DNA of 64,000 nt from an uncultured Atopobium sp. (GCA_902481575.1 CABSWT010000003.1:29542-93541); one strand, 5' to 3'. Shown: positions 18,623 to 28,824, counted from the first letter of the stretch. Notes: generated by a model from the sequence alone, not told the origin. A program made the numbers and translations.

Positions 18623-19469
18623 ACCTGAAGCTAACGAGGCAGTACAGGCATCTGCAGAAGAGCAGAAAGCCGCAAGAAGAGCTGCTCGTCGTGCTTCTAA
18701 AGGTACCCCGGCCTGGGATAAAGATAGAACACGAAAGCTCTTTGCCCAATATAAAGAAACAAAAGACCCTGAGGTAAGAGACCAGCTTATTGTGAGTCAC
18801 TTAAACCTCGTGCGCTTTTTGGCCTCCAAGTTTAAAAACCGTGGAGAACCCCTTGATGATTTGATTCAGGTGGGAACCATTGGACTTATCAAGGCAATTG
18901 ATAGGTTTGAGCCTGATCGTGGTCTTGAATTTACAACATATGCAACGCCAACCATCATGGGAGAAATCAAGCGTCACTTCCGCGATAAAGGCTGGTCAGT
19001 ACGTGTTCCTCGTCGTTTGCAGGAGCTTTCTTCCAAGATTAATCAGGTCACTGATGATTTGACTAAAGAGCTGCAAAGAAGCCCTTCAATTGAAGAGATC
19101 GCCCAGCGCCTTGATACTAACGTTGAAGAAGTTCTTGAGGCTATGGAGTCTTCTAGCGCTTATAGCTCTGTTCCTCTTGAGGGAGGCGGCTCTGGTGCTG
19201 ATGGCGACGAGACTCCTTCAATCATTGATCAGTATGTAACCGAAGATGAAGATCTTGCTGGTTCAGATGACCGCATTGTTCTTGAAGAGGCTATCAGGGA
19301 TTTCTCTCCACGAGAGCAAGAGATTATTCGTATGCGTTTTGTTGAAGGCCTTACCCAGGTAGAGATTGCAGAGAAACTCAACATCTCTCAGGTGCAGGTT
19401 TCAAGGCTGCTTCGTCGCACCTTAAAGCGTATTCAAGAAAAGATTGACCCAGAAAGCGTGAATCGTTAA
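18615..19469 (+). CDS. SigB/SigF-family RNA polymerase sigma factor
   Basis: DDLIQVGTIGLIKAIDRF, YATPTIMGEIKRHFRD, SQVQVSRL. Confidence 0.92.
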   Translation: MPKPEANEAVQASAEEQKAARRAARRASKGTPAWDKDRTRKLFAQYKETKDPEVRDQLIVSHLNLVRFLASKFKNRGEPLDDLIQVGTIGLIKAIDRFEPDRGLEFTTYATPTIMGEIKRHFRDKGWSVRVPRRLQELSSKINQVTDDLTKELQRSPSIEEIAQRLDTNVEEVLEAMESSSAYSSVPLEGGGSGADGDETPSIIDQYVTEDEDLAGSDDRIVLEEAIRDFSPREQEIIRMRFVEGLTQVEIAEKLNISQVQVSRLLRRTLKRIQEKIDPESVNR

Positions 19470-20851
19470 TGGATCAAAAGCATCAAAATTTTTCCGATCC
19501 GGTTCAGAGATGGAAACAGCGTGGCTTAATGGTGTGGACAGTCATTGGTCTGGCTGCGTTGTTTGCACTTGCACTGCATGTTCTTGGCATCCTGGGACAG
19601 GCTGTTGAACTGCTAGCCATTGGCGCTATTGTTGCGTTTGTCTGTAGCCCTGTTACTAATTGGCTTGAAGACAGGGGAGTGCCACGTGGCATCTCTGCTC
19701 TTATAGCTCTCGTTCTTACGCTCATTGTGCTAGTAGGATTTCTTATTCTCATTGCCCAGCCATTGGCATTTGAGCTTACTACGCTACTCAGAAACGCTCC
19801 TTCGTATGCAAGTCAGATAGGAGCAATGGCAAGGGAGTTTTGGCAGAACTTTGACACTCAAAGTAACCCTGCTGTTAGACAGACAGTAGAACTTGCAATT
19901 GAACAGGCATCAAGTATTGGAATATCAGTTGCTTCTGGTATTTTGAGTTGGCTTTCCACATCTGCTTTAGGCAACATCTCTTCTATGGCAAACCAACTCA
20001 TGGTCTTCTTCTTAGGCCTAGTGCTTGCCTATTGGTTGGCTAAAGATTATCCAGTTATTGTCCGTGAGATGGCTATTATTGCTGGTCCTCAAAAAGAGAA
20101 TGAGTTCAGACTTATTCTTGCAATCTTAAGTAGATCTACCAGTGGCTATATGCGTGGAACTATCATTACCTCTGCGGTTAATGGCGTTCTTGTGTACTTT
20201 GGTTGCCTGATTTTAGGCAACCCTTATGCTGCCCTCATTGGTATGGTCACAGGAATCTTCCACATTATTCCTGTAGTTGGACCGGTTTTCTCGGCAGGCA
20301 TTGCACTGATTCTGAGCATTTTGGTAGACCCCATCATGACCGTGTGGACCATTGTTATCTTGATGGTTGCTCAAAACGTTGTTGATAACGTGCTCTCACC
20401 TTTGGTTATGGCAACTAGCGTCAAAGTCCACCCGGGTCTTTCGCTCGTCGGCATTGTTATTGGTAGTGCTCTTGGCGGAGTGGTTGGAACTATTCTTGCC
20501 ATACCTTTGACAGCAGCACTGAGGGGCATCTTTGTGTACTTCTTTGAGAAGTATTCGGGCAGACAGATCGTCTCACCAAATGGCGCGCTTTTTAACTCGA
20601 CGCAGTATGTGGATGAGTCTGGCGCTATTCTGCCAGAGTATGATGCCCTAGATGACCCAAAGTTCTTTGAGGAGTCGCGTCTTGTTGACCAAGACACTAC
20701 GGCTCATGTGCGCAGTAAGTCGCCAATTCCCGCACCAAAGATTCTTGGTCATGATTTTTCTCAGTTACTTTTTAGGAATACTCAAGAAGTTACTAAGGAA
20801 CCAGATAAACCATCGTCAGATGCGGTAGACTCAGACAGTACAAAAGAGTAG
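19469..20851 (+). CDS. AI-2E family transporter
   Basis: IPVVGP, 'NVLSPLVM...VHP', GTILAIP; multi-TM. Confidence 0.85.
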   Translation: MDQKHQNFSDPVQRWKQRGLMVWTVIGLAALFALALHVLGILGQAVELLAIGAIVAFVCSPVTNWLEDRGVPRGISALIALVLTLIVLVGFLILIAQPLAFELTTLLRNAPSYASQIGAMAREFWQNFDTQSNPAVRQTVELAIEQASSIGISVASGILSWLSTSALGNISSMANQLMVFFLGLVLAYWLAKDYPVIVREMAIIAGPQKENEFRLILAILSRSTSGYMRGTIITSAVNGVLVYFGCLILGNPYAALIGMVTGIFHIIPVVGPVFSAGIALILSILVDPIMTVWTIVILMVAQNVVDNVLSPLVMATSVKVHPGLSLVGIVIGSALGGVVGTILAIPLTAALRGIFVYFFEKYSGRQIVSPNGALFNSTQYVDESGAILPEYDALDDPKFFEESRLVDQDTTAHVRSKSPIPAPKILGHDFSQLLFRNTQEVTKEPDKPSSDAVDSDSTKE

Positions 20852-20876
20852 TCATTTGAATACGGAGAAGTACTTT

Positions 20877-23522
20877 ATGGCTGACTATAAAACAATGAAA
20901 ACAGCAGAGATTCGTGAGGACTTCCTAAGCTTCTTTGAGAGCAAGGGTTGCAAGCGCTATCCTTCTTCATCTCTGGTGCCTTCTGACCCTTCACTGCTTC
21001 TTGCTAATGCTGGCATGAACCAGTTCAAGGAGTATTACCAGGGCATCAAGACTATGAAGGAGATTGGCGCAACTTCCTGCCAGAAGTGCCTTCGTACTAA
21101 CGATATTGACAACATTGGTGACTCTCGCCACCTCTCATTCTTTGAGATGCTGGGTAACTTCTCCTTTGGCGGTTATACCAAGCGCGACGCATGTACCTGG
21201 GCAATGGAGTTCATTTCTTCTCCAGAGCACTTGGGTCTGCCTCTTGATCGTCTGTACTTTACTGTCTTTACTGACGACGATGAGGCAATTGAGATCTGGA
21301 AGTCTCTTGGTGTAGCAGAAGACCACATTACCCGTCTGGGCGAGGAGGACAACTTCTGGGCAGCTGGCCCAACTGGTCCTTGCGGTCCTTGCTCCGAGAT
21401 TTACTTTGACCAGGGTCCTGAGTTTGAGGGAGAGGCCCCTGGAGACGATGGCGACCGTTACCTTGAGTTCTGGAACCTCGTCTTTACTCAGTTTGACCGC
21501 CAGGAAGATGGTTCTCTACCTGAGCTTCCTCACCGCAACATCGATACTGGCATGGGCCTTGAGCGCATTGCAGCTATCATGCAGCATGAGGGCACCAACT
21601 ACGAGGGCGACATCATGCGTTCCCTCATTTCTTTGGGCGAGAAACTCTCTGGTAAGAAGTATCACTCAACTGACGAGATTGACCGCAGCCTGCGCATTCT
21701 TGCAGACCACTCCCGTGCAGTTACCTTTATGATTGGCGACGGTATTCTCCCTGGTAACGAGGGTAGAAGCTACATTCTTCGCCGTCTGCTCCGTCGCGCT
21801 GTCTACCACGGCCGCTTGCTGGGCATCCAGGGCACCTTCATGGCAGAGTACGCACATGAGGTTGCCGTTCTGCTTGGCGCAGAATATCCAGAGCTTGTCG
21901 AGAAGAGCGCTCTTATCGACGGCATTCTTACTGCAGAAGAGGAGCGCTTTGGCGCTACGCTTGACGCAGGCGAGTCCAAGCTCACCGCTGAGCTTGAGCA
22001 GCTTGAGGATGGCGCACAGCTTTCCGGTGAGGTTGCATTCCTTCTGCACGATACCTACGGATTCCCTATTGATCTTACTCGTGAGATTGCTGCAAATGCA
22101 GGTCACGTTGTTGACATGGACGCCTTTGACGCTGCAATGACAGAGCAGCGTGAGCGCGCTCGTGCATCTGCTAACCGCGATGCTTGGGGTAATGCTCAGA
22201 GCATTTGGGTTGCACTCTCTGACCGCCTTGATGAGACCGTCTTTGACGGCTACGACAACAATGAGCTCTCCGGCGTTCGTGTTGTTGCTCTTGTCCAGGA
22301 CGGACAGGAGGTTGAGTCCGCTGCTGCAGGCTCCGAGGTTGAGGTTGTACTTGACCGTACGCCTTTCTATGCAGAGATGGGTGGCCAGGTAGGGGACACC
22401 GGCAAGCTGACAGCTCCTGGTCTCTACGTTCACGTCACTGACACCAAGCACCGCGATGGCGGACTTGAGTCCCACGTTGGCGTGGTAGAGGAGGGCACCA
22501 TTTCTGTTGGTGATTCTGTCACCGCAACCATTGATGCCGGCCGTCGTGAGCTCATTCGCCGCAACCACACCGCAACTCACCTGCTTGACGCAGCCCTCAA
22601 AAAGGTTCTGGGCGACCACGTGAACCAGGCTGGCTCTCTTGTTGCTCCAGATCGTATGCGCTTTGACTTTACGCACTTTGAGGCTCTTACCAAAGATGAG
22701 CTCGATCGCATTGAGGGCATGGTTAACGCAGAGATTTTTGCTGCTAAGCCTGTTGTTACTCAGATTATGAGCATCGAGGATGCAAAGGCTGCTGGTGCTG
22801 TTGCACTCTTTGGCGAGAAGTACGGTGATGTCGTACGCGTTGTCTCTGCTGGTGCAGAAGACACTCCATTCTCTCGTGAGCTCTGCGGTGGTACTCACGC
22901 ACGCAACACGGCAGACCTTGGCCTCTTCAAGATTATTTCTGAGAGCTCCGTCGGTTCTAACTCAAGGCGTATTGAGGCGGTAACTTCTATGGGCGCTATC
23001 GAGTACGTTGATGAGCGCCTGGCTCAACTTGATGAGGTTGCCGCAGCTCTGAAGGTTCGTCCTTCTGCTGTTGCAGACCGCGTTGAGCAGCTGCAGCAAG
23101 ATCTTCGCACTGCAAACCATAAGCTTGAGGCCGCTCTTACCGGAGCAGGCAGCAACCAGGTAGCAGAAGCACTTAAGTCTGCCGTTCAGCTTAATGGCTA
23201 CAGCTGCGTAATTGCTAAGCTTGAAGGCCTTTCTGGCAAAGAACTCCGCTCCGCATGGGACGGCATCCGCGATGCATCTGACGGCCAGCCTGTTGCTTGC
23301 GTCATTGCATCCGCAACCGCTGACGGTAAGGTTTCCCTGCTTGCAGGTGCCACTGATTCTGCAGTTGCAGCGGGCTTCTCGGCAGGAGACATTGTCAAAG
23401 AGATTGCAGAGCTTGTTGGTGGTCGCGGCGGCGGCAAGCCAGCAATGGCGCAGGCAGGCGGTTCAAATGCTGCAGGAATTGACGCAGCACTTGAGGCTGC
23501 AAGAACAAAGCTTGGTGCGTAA
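20877..23522 (+). CDS. alaS: Alanine--tRNA ligase
   Basis: NAGMNQFK, FEMLGNFSFG, IDTGMGLER, NHTATHLL, ELCGGTH. Confidence 0.97.
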   Translation: MADYKTMKTAEIREDFLSFFESKGCKRYPSSSLVPSDPSLLLANAGMNQFKEYYQGIKTMKEIGATSCQKCLRTNDIDNIGDSRHLSFFEMLGNFSFGGYTKRDACTWAMEFISSPEHLGLPLDRLYFTVFTDDDEAIEIWKSLGVAEDHITRLGEEDNFWAAGPTGPCGPCSEIYFDQGPEFEGEAPGDDGDRYLEFWNLVFTQFDRQEDGSLPELPHRNIDTGMGLERIAAIMQHEGTNYEGDIMRSLISLGEKLSGKKYHSTDEIDRSLRILADHSRAVTFMIGDGILPGNEGRSYILRRLLRRAVYHGRLLGIQGTFMAEYAHEVAVLLGAEYPELVEKSALIDGILTAEEERFGATLDAGESKLTAELEQLEDGAQLSGEVAFLLHDTYGFPIDLTREIAANAGHVVDMDAFDAAMTEQRERARASANRDAWGNAQSIWVALSDRLDETVFDGYDNNELSGVRVVALVQDGQEVESAAAGSEVEVVLDRTPFYAEMGGQVGDTGKLTAPGLYVHVTDTKHRDGGLESHVGVVEEGTISVGDSVTATIDAGRRELIRRNHTATHLLDAALKKVLGDHVNQAGSLVAPDRMRFDFTHFEALTKDELDRIEGMVNAEIFAAKPVVTQIMSIEDAKAAGAVALFGEKYGDVVRVVSAGAEDTPFSRELCGGTHARNTADLGLFKIISESSVGSNSRRIEAVTSMGAIEYVDERLAQLDEVAAALKVRPSAVADRVEQLQQDLRTANHKLEAALTGAGSNQVAEALKSAVQLNGYSCVIAKLEGLSGKELRSAWDGIRDASDGQPVACVIASATADGKVSLLAGATDSAVAAGFSAGDIVKEIAELVGGRGGGKPAMAQAGGSNAAGIDAALEAARTKLGA

Positions 23523-23525
23523 CGT

Positions 23526-23948
23526 TTGCGCGTTTTAGCTCTAGATATTGGTGAAGTTCGCATCGGGGTTGCTGTAAGTGACCCCGATGGTGCTATTGCG
23601 TCACCTGTTTGCGTGCTTCCTGCGCAAGAGGTGCTCTCACATGCACGCACGTTTAAAGCTGTGCTTGAAGATTGGGAGCCAGAGCTGCTTTTGTGCGGTC
23701 GTCCTAAAACGCTCGCCGGCGAAGATGGACCACAGGCCCAAAAAATTACCGCTCAAGCTGAGCAAATTGCGAAGAACTGCCAACTTCCATTAGAATTTAC
23801 TGACGAAAGACTTTCTTCTGCGGAAGCAAAGAAGATTCTTCGAGCGCAAGGTTTATCTGAAAAAGCCATGCGTGGAAAAGTTGACATGGTTGCTGCTTCG
23901 CTCTTTTTGCAATCATGGCTTGATGCACAGATGAATAAGGGAGACTAA
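23526..23948 (+). CDS. ruvX: Holliday junction resolvase-like / pre-16S rRNA nuclease YqgF
   Basis: LALDIGEVRIGVAVSD, DERLSS; follows alaS. Confidence 0.92.
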   Translation: MRVLALDIGEVRIGVAVSDPDGAIASPVCVLPAQEVLSHARTFKAVLEDWEPELLLCGRPKTLAGEDGPQAQKITAQAEQIAKNCQLPLEFTDERLSSAEAKKILRAQGLSEKAMRGKVDMVAASLFLQSWLDAQMNKGD

Positions 23949-25259
23949 ATGCCCACCCTATCAAATGGTTCTTCTCCGCGTCGTCAGGGCGCACATTTTT
24001 CTTCTCCTGTTCCAGAGGGACAGGCTCAGGAAGAGCAGGCTCAGCAGGAACAGATCACGCAGCCTTCAGTTGAGGCTACAGGATCGCTGCCTGCACTTAC
24101 CGGTGGCAAGCTTTCTTCAAGAAGCGCTCAAGTCACTCATATGGCAAAGAACAAGCAGGTAAAGCATAGAGATAAGAAGGCTTCAAAGCGTTCTCGTATT
24201 TTTGCGGCACTTATCGCTTTTATTATGGTTGCGGCCCTTGGCATCTTTGTATGGAAAGTAGCGCTTCCAGAGCTTTCTCGCGCTAATTCCGATACACAAG
24301 AAATTACCGCAGGTCAGCAAGTTACCGTTACTATTCCAGATGGTGCTGGTGCGCAGGAAGTCGCAAAGATTCTTTTTGAGAACAAGATTATTGCAACTAA
24401 GAGCGAGTTTTTAAACCAGGTAAAGCGTCAGGATGCTGAGCAGAAAATCAAGAGTGGTATCTATGTTATTACCACTGGTACCAAGCCAGCAGACATCGTT
24501 CACCTGCTTATTTCTGGCCCTAATGCTCCTGGTAGTGGCTTTGTCGTACCAGAAGGTTATACCGTTTCTCAGGTTGCGGATTTGGTTCAGGACTACTTTG
24601 GTATTTCTCGCGATGATTTCTTGAATCAGGCAAAAGCATCCAATTATGTTGCTGACTATCCGTTCCTTGCTGGTGCGGTAGATGCTAATGATTCTCTTGA
24701 AGGCTACTTGTTCCCCAAGACCTATACCTTTACAGAAAGCAATGTAACTGCCGATACGGTCATCCGTGCCATGCTTGATCAGTTTGAGACAGAGACAGCT
24801 GATCTTAACCTGGATGCCGCTCGCATTACGCTTAATAAGCGTTACAACTTGAATCTTACTAACGAGCAAATCATTATCATGGCATCTATTATTGAGCGAG
24901 AAGCCCTGACTGATGATGACCGTCCTAAGGTTGCATCTGTCTTCTACAACCGCCTGTACGATGATATGTATCTGCAAAGTGACGCTACCCTTGCTTATTC
25001 CCTGGGTAGGGAAGCTACTGCAGAAGACCTCAACTCGATGACAAGCGACCCATATAACACCTATGCGTTTAAGGGTTTGACTCCTACGCCTATTTGTTCC
25101 CCAGGTTATGCCTCTATTAAGGCAGCTATGGATCCAGCAGCAACCAATTATTACTACTTCTGGATTACCTCCGATGAGCACGTCTTCTCTGAGACCTATG
25201 ACGAGCATCAGCAGGCTATCGAAAACGCACGCGAGCGTGAAGCCGCAAGCAAGCAATAA
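23949..25259 (+). CDS. mltG: Endolytic transglycosylase MltG
   Basis: VPEG, LEGYLFPKTY, ASIIEREA, VFYNRL, PYNTY. Confidence 0.92.
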   Translation: MPTLSNGSSPRRQGAHFSSPVPEGQAQEEQAQQEQITQPSVEATGSLPALTGGKLSSRSAQVTHMAKNKQVKHRDKKASKRSRIFAALIAFIMVAALGIFVWKVALPELSRANSDTQEITAGQQVTVTIPDGAGAQEVAKILFENKIIATKSEFLNQVKRQDAEQKIKSGIYVITTGTKPADIVHLLISGPNAPGSGFVVPEGYTVSQVADLVQDYFGISRDDFLNQAKASNYVADYPFLAGAVDANDSLEGYLFPKTYTFTESNVTADTVIRAMLDQFETETADLNLDAARITLNKRYNLNLTNEQIIIMASIIEREALTDDDRPKVASVFYNRLYDDMYLQSDATLAYSLGREATAEDLNSMTSDPYNTYAFKGLTPTPICSPGYASIKAAMDPAATNYYYFWITSDEHVFSETYDEHQQAIENAREREAASKQ

Positions 25260-25269
25260 TTGGTGTGGC

Positions 25270-25767
25270 ATGAGCTTGATTAAAGCAACACAATACGTTT
25301 CTGCTGTTGAGCATATCTCTATAGAGAATCTTGTTCAGCAGGGGATTAAGCTTGTACTCTTAGATCGCGATAATACCTGTGTGCCTCGAGACACCAAGAC
25401 GGTACCGCCAGAGGTCTCTGCCTGGTTTGAGAAGGCTCATGAGGCTGGTCTCATGCTTTGCCTTATCTCAAATAACATTCATTTTGATGAGGTTCAGCGC
25501 AGCGCTCATGAGCTGGGAATTGAAGGAGAAGGCTTTGCTTGCAAACCGCTGCCTCGCGCTTTAACTGCAGCTATGAAGCGTTTCTCGGCAACTAAAGAGC
25601 AAACCGTGATGGTGGGAGACCAGATTTTTACCGATGTAATTGCAGGTAATTTGGCTGGTGTTGCAACTATTTTGGTAAAGCCGCAGTCTACTGAGGATCT
25701 TTGGTACACCAATATCATTCGTCACGCAGAGCGCCGCATTTTAAAAAATGTAACTTTTACGTCATAA
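25270..25767 (+). CDS. YqeG-family HAD IIIA phosphatase
   Basis: DRDNT, ISNN, KP, VGDQIFTD. Confidence 0.88.
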   Translation: MSLIKATQYVSAVEHISIENLVQQGIKLVLLDRDNTCVPRDTKTVPPEVSAWFEKAHEAGLMLCLISNNIHFDEVQRSAHELGIEGEGFACKPLPRALTAAMKRFSATKEQTVMVGDQIFTDVIAGNLAGVATILVKPQSTEDLWYTNIIRHAERRILKNVTFTS

Positions 25768-25831
25768 CAAGACGGCTTTAGTTTACTTGCTCCAACTCGA
25801 TGATAGAATCATCTTGAAAGGCTGGAGGAGT

Positions 25832-26380
25832 ATGGAGCTTCGCGATTCAAGATACGTCGTACATGAGGGCTGTGATCATATCTTTTTTGTAGGCTTTCTG
25901 GGTGCCGGAAAGTCCACACTCGCACGTAATTTGGGTGAGCTGTTTCACCGCCGTTATGTCGATACCGATCGCTTGGCAGAACGCATAGCAGGTAAATCAC
26001 TGGCAGAAATCTACGAAGATGACGGTGAAGAGCTTTTTAGGCAGGCAGAAACTGAGGTTTTGCAAACGCTTAAGTCTAAGAAGTCACTGCTGGTAAGCTG
26101 CGGCGGTGGAATTGTCGAGAAGGACATCAATCTTGCGCTTATGCGTGAGATGGGAGTCATTGTGTTTCTCGACGGCGATCTTTCTGACTCACTTCGTCAA
26201 ATTCAGCGCACGGATAGACGCCCTGATTTGGGAAGCTTTGAAAACGCTACTCAGCTCTATAGACGCCTGCGTCCACGTTATGAGGCCGCTGCTGATATTA
26301 CTATTGATATTCGTGAGAAAACGTTTGAGCAGGTAGCCATTGATTCTGGTAAGCTGCTTTGGGAAAGAGGACTTCTATGA
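25832..26380 (+). CDS. aroK: Shikimate kinase
   Basis: GFLGAGKST, DTD, FRQAE, SCGGG, RP. Confidence 0.85.
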   Translation: MELRDSRYVVHEGCDHIFFVGFLGAGKSTLARNLGELFHRRYVDTDRLAERIAGKSLAEIYEDDGEELFRQAETEVLQTLKSKKSLLVSCGGGIVEKDINLALMREMGVIVFLDGDLSDSLRQIQRTDRRPDLGSFENATQLYRRLRPRYEAAADITIDIREKTFEQVAIDSGKLLWERGLL

Positions 26381-27513
26381 GTGACAATGTCCAGAATGAG
26401 CTTGAAGAGGAATTGCCACCTGTTCAGATTAAACAGTGGGTTTCTATTCCTGGAGGCTCTATTGCACTTCGTTCTGGTGCGGGCGTGCTTTCAAACTTTG
26501 GTACCGAGCTGAGGACTGCGGTAGGAAGGCCTCATCGCTGCGCTTTTCTTGTAAGCAATCAAGCGGATGAAGACCTCGCTGAGCTTTTGCGTAGAGACCT
26601 CACTACCATTGGTTTTCTCGTCACACGCGTTGATGTAGAAGATGGTGAAGCAGCAACTACGGTGGCTACTGAGGCACAGGTATTGTCCGCTTTGGCAGAA
26701 ATGCACCTTACGGCTGATGACCTGGTAGTTGCCGTGGGTCACTCGGGAGTTATTTCTCTTGCTAACCACGTGGCTAACAAGTGGTGCGGGGGAGTCTCCC
26801 TTGCTACTGTTCCACTTGATTTAGCTGCAGTTATTGTCTCGTCTATTACTCCTCGCGCGCTTGATACTGACGCTGAGCATCAGCGCCTTGTTACCACTAA
26901 GCCTTGCGCTCGTTTCTGCTTTGCAGATCTTGAGGTTATGGATCTTTGCGATGACAGCGCTAAGGTTGCCCAGGTATGTATGGTTGCAACGGCTATGTCT
27001 GATAATGAGGCGGAGTTTGGACGCATTTGGGATAGAGCAGATAACCTCTCCTCTGGAGTTGCCGATATAGTTGCAGAACAGCTGGCAGAGTCTACTAAGA
27101 CCCGTGGCCGCCTTTCTGATTCTTCCGCTATTGCTATTCAGCAGTCTGTTCCTTACGGTTGGGTTTTTGTGGAGGCACTTCGTCCGCTCATCCCAGCTGA
27201 TCAGCCTCTTTCTGCACTTTATGCAGACGCGCTGCGTTTCTCGGCAAGAATTGCAGTAGCTAAAGAGTCGCTTTCTTTTGACGATATGCTTGCCCAAGAC
27301 GAGATTCTTGAGCGCTTGAATATTGGCTTTGTTACCTGTGACATTACTTCTGAGCAGCTTATCGAAGCGCTCAAACAGGAATGTTTCCATTCTACTAATC
27401 GTTTTATGTTGCCGATTCCAATGTCTATTGGAAGGGTAAGATTAGCTTCAGTCGACGAGGAACTTCTCGCCGAACATGCCCGTGCTTGGTGTGAGGCTCA
27501 CGCTTCGCATTAA
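26377..27513 (+). CDS. 3-dehydroquinate synthase-like protein with degenerate catalytic motifs
   Basis: Position after aroK, AroB-like length and landmarks (EDGE, DLVVAVG, PCARFCFAD) but canonical motifs altered. Confidence 0.65.
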   Translation: MSDNVQNELEEELPPVQIKQWVSIPGGSIALRSGAGVLSNFGTELRTAVGRPHRCAFLVSNQADEDLAELLRRDLTTIGFLVTRVDVEDGEAATTVATEAQVLSALAEMHLTADDLVVAVGHSGVISLANHVANKWCGGVSLATVPLDLAAVIVSSITPRALDTDAEHQRLVTTKPCARFCFADLEVMDLCDDSAKVAQVCMVATAMSDNEAEFGRIWDRADNLSSGVADIVAEQLAESTKTRGRLSDSSAIAIQQSVPYGWVFVEALRPLIPADQPLSALYADALRFSARIAVAKESLSFDDMLAQDEILERLNIGFVTCDITSEQLIEALKQECFHSTNRFMLPIPMSIGRVRLASVDEELLAEHARAWCEAHASH

Positions 27514-27604
27514 AGCGCCGCATCTTGCAGTAAGGAGCCTGTTTGCTGAGGCGACTCCACAAGGTGCAACTCTTTGTTGTAAACATCTCGAGAAGGGATT
27601 TGAA

Positions 27605-28729
27605 ATGGCAGATTTACAGGCAGCAGCAAAGCGCGTTGCGCGCTTTCGCGAGGTAATGGCTCAGAGGGGTTACGACGCTGTTGTTCTACGTCACAACCCA
27701 GACCTTCGTTGGTTGACTGACGCTGAGCGTGTCTTTGACTTTGAGCAGGCACATACTGCATTTATTACGCAGGATGAGCTCTTCATGCACACTGACTCTC
27801 GTTACTACAACACATTCCTGGAGCGCCTTGGTGCTGATTCTCCATGGAAGTTTGACCAGGAAGTCGCTACTCCTACCGAGTGGGTTGCCGCTCATATTGC
27901 TGAGGCTCGTGCTCGCGTAGTTGCTATTGAGGACACCGTTGATCTTGCGTTCTTTGATGGCCTTGAGCAGGCATTGCGCGATCGTTCTGTTGCTGCTTTG
28001 CTTCCACGCATGCATGGTGATATTGCTGAGCTGCGTATTGTTAAAGACCCAGCTGAAATTGAGCTTATGAAGCACGCTCAGTCAATTACTGACAAGGCGT
28101 TCCTCCACATCTGCAAGTACATTAAGCCAGGTCTTACTGAGCAGCAGATTCGCGCAGAGCTTGAGAACTACATGCTCTCTAACGGTGCAGATGCCCTGTC
28201 CTTTGATTCCATCATTGCTTCTGGTCCTAATGGTGCTAATCCTCATGCACAGCCAGGTGAGCGCGTAGTTCAGACAGGCGACATGATTGTTATGGACTAC
28301 GGTGCAGGTTACCTGGATTACCACTCAGATATGACCCGTACTGTTGTTGTTGGCGCACCTTCCGAGGAGCAGCAGCACGTCTTTGACGTTGTCCGCAAGG
28401 CAAACGAAACTTGCGCAGCAGCTATTCATGCAGGTGTAACTGGTTCTGATATTCATAACCTTGCAGTTAAGGTAATCTCTGAGGCTGGCTATGGTGAGTA
28501 CTTTGGCCACGGCCTTGGCCACGGTGTTGGCGTTGAGATTCACGAGCGTCCATTCTTCAACCCTCGCTGGAACAAGGTTATTGCAGCAGGTTCAGTTGTT
28601 ACCGATGAGCCTGGCATTTACCTGCCTGGCAAGTTTGGTATCCGTCTTGAGGACTTTGGCGTTGTTACTGAGGACGGCTACGATGTCTTTACTCAGTCCA
28701 CACACGACCTTGTGTCTGTTGGCTGCTAA
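27605..28729 (+). CDS. pepP: Xaa-Pro aminopeptidase (M24 family)
   Basis: DYGA, YHSDMTRT, HGLGHGVG, EPGIY, GIRLED. Confidence 0.92.
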   Translation: MADLQAAAKRVARFREVMAQRGYDAVVLRHNPDLRWLTDAERVFDFEQAHTAFITQDELFMHTDSRYYNTFLERLGADSPWKFDQEVATPTEWVAAHIAEARARVVAIEDTVDLAFFDGLEQALRDRSVAALLPRMHGDIAELRIVKDPAEIELMKHAQSITDKAFLHICKYIKPGLTEQQIRAELENYMLSNGADALSFDSIIASGPNGANPHAQPGERVVQTGDMIVMDYGAGYLDYHSDMTRTVVVGAPSEEQQHVFDVVRKANETCAAAIHAGVTGSDIHNLAVKVISEAGYGEYFGHGLGHGVGVEIHERPFFNPRWNKVIAAGSVVTDEPGIYLPGKFGIRLEDFGVVTEDGYDVFTQSTHDLVSVGC

Positions 28730-28752
28730 CTAGACGCGATATACAGAATTCT

Positions 28753-28790
28753 TACGGCCAGAAGCTTTGGGTTTCTGGCCGTATTTTTTT
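28753..28790 (+). terminator. Intrinsic terminator
   Basis: TACGGCCAGAAGC...GTTTCTGGCCGTA plus T7. Confidence 0.85.
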
Positions 28791-28804
28791 ACCGTATCTC
28801 CTAG

Positions 28805-28824
28805 GGCGAGAAGACCTTCTCGCC
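28805..28824. repeat. Inverted pair of the GGCGAGAA motif
   Basis: GGCGAGAAGACCTTCTCGCC, intergenic. Confidence 0.75.

Noticed and set aside
21666..22898. 410-aa minus-strand ORF
   Set aside because: Antisense shadow of codon-biased alaS with no recognisable motifs.
24411..25271. 286-aa minus-strand ORF, and similar antisense ORFs over efp, pyrG, kdgT and mraZ-rsmH
   Set aside because: Fully overlap well-supported genes on the opposite strand; no family signatures.
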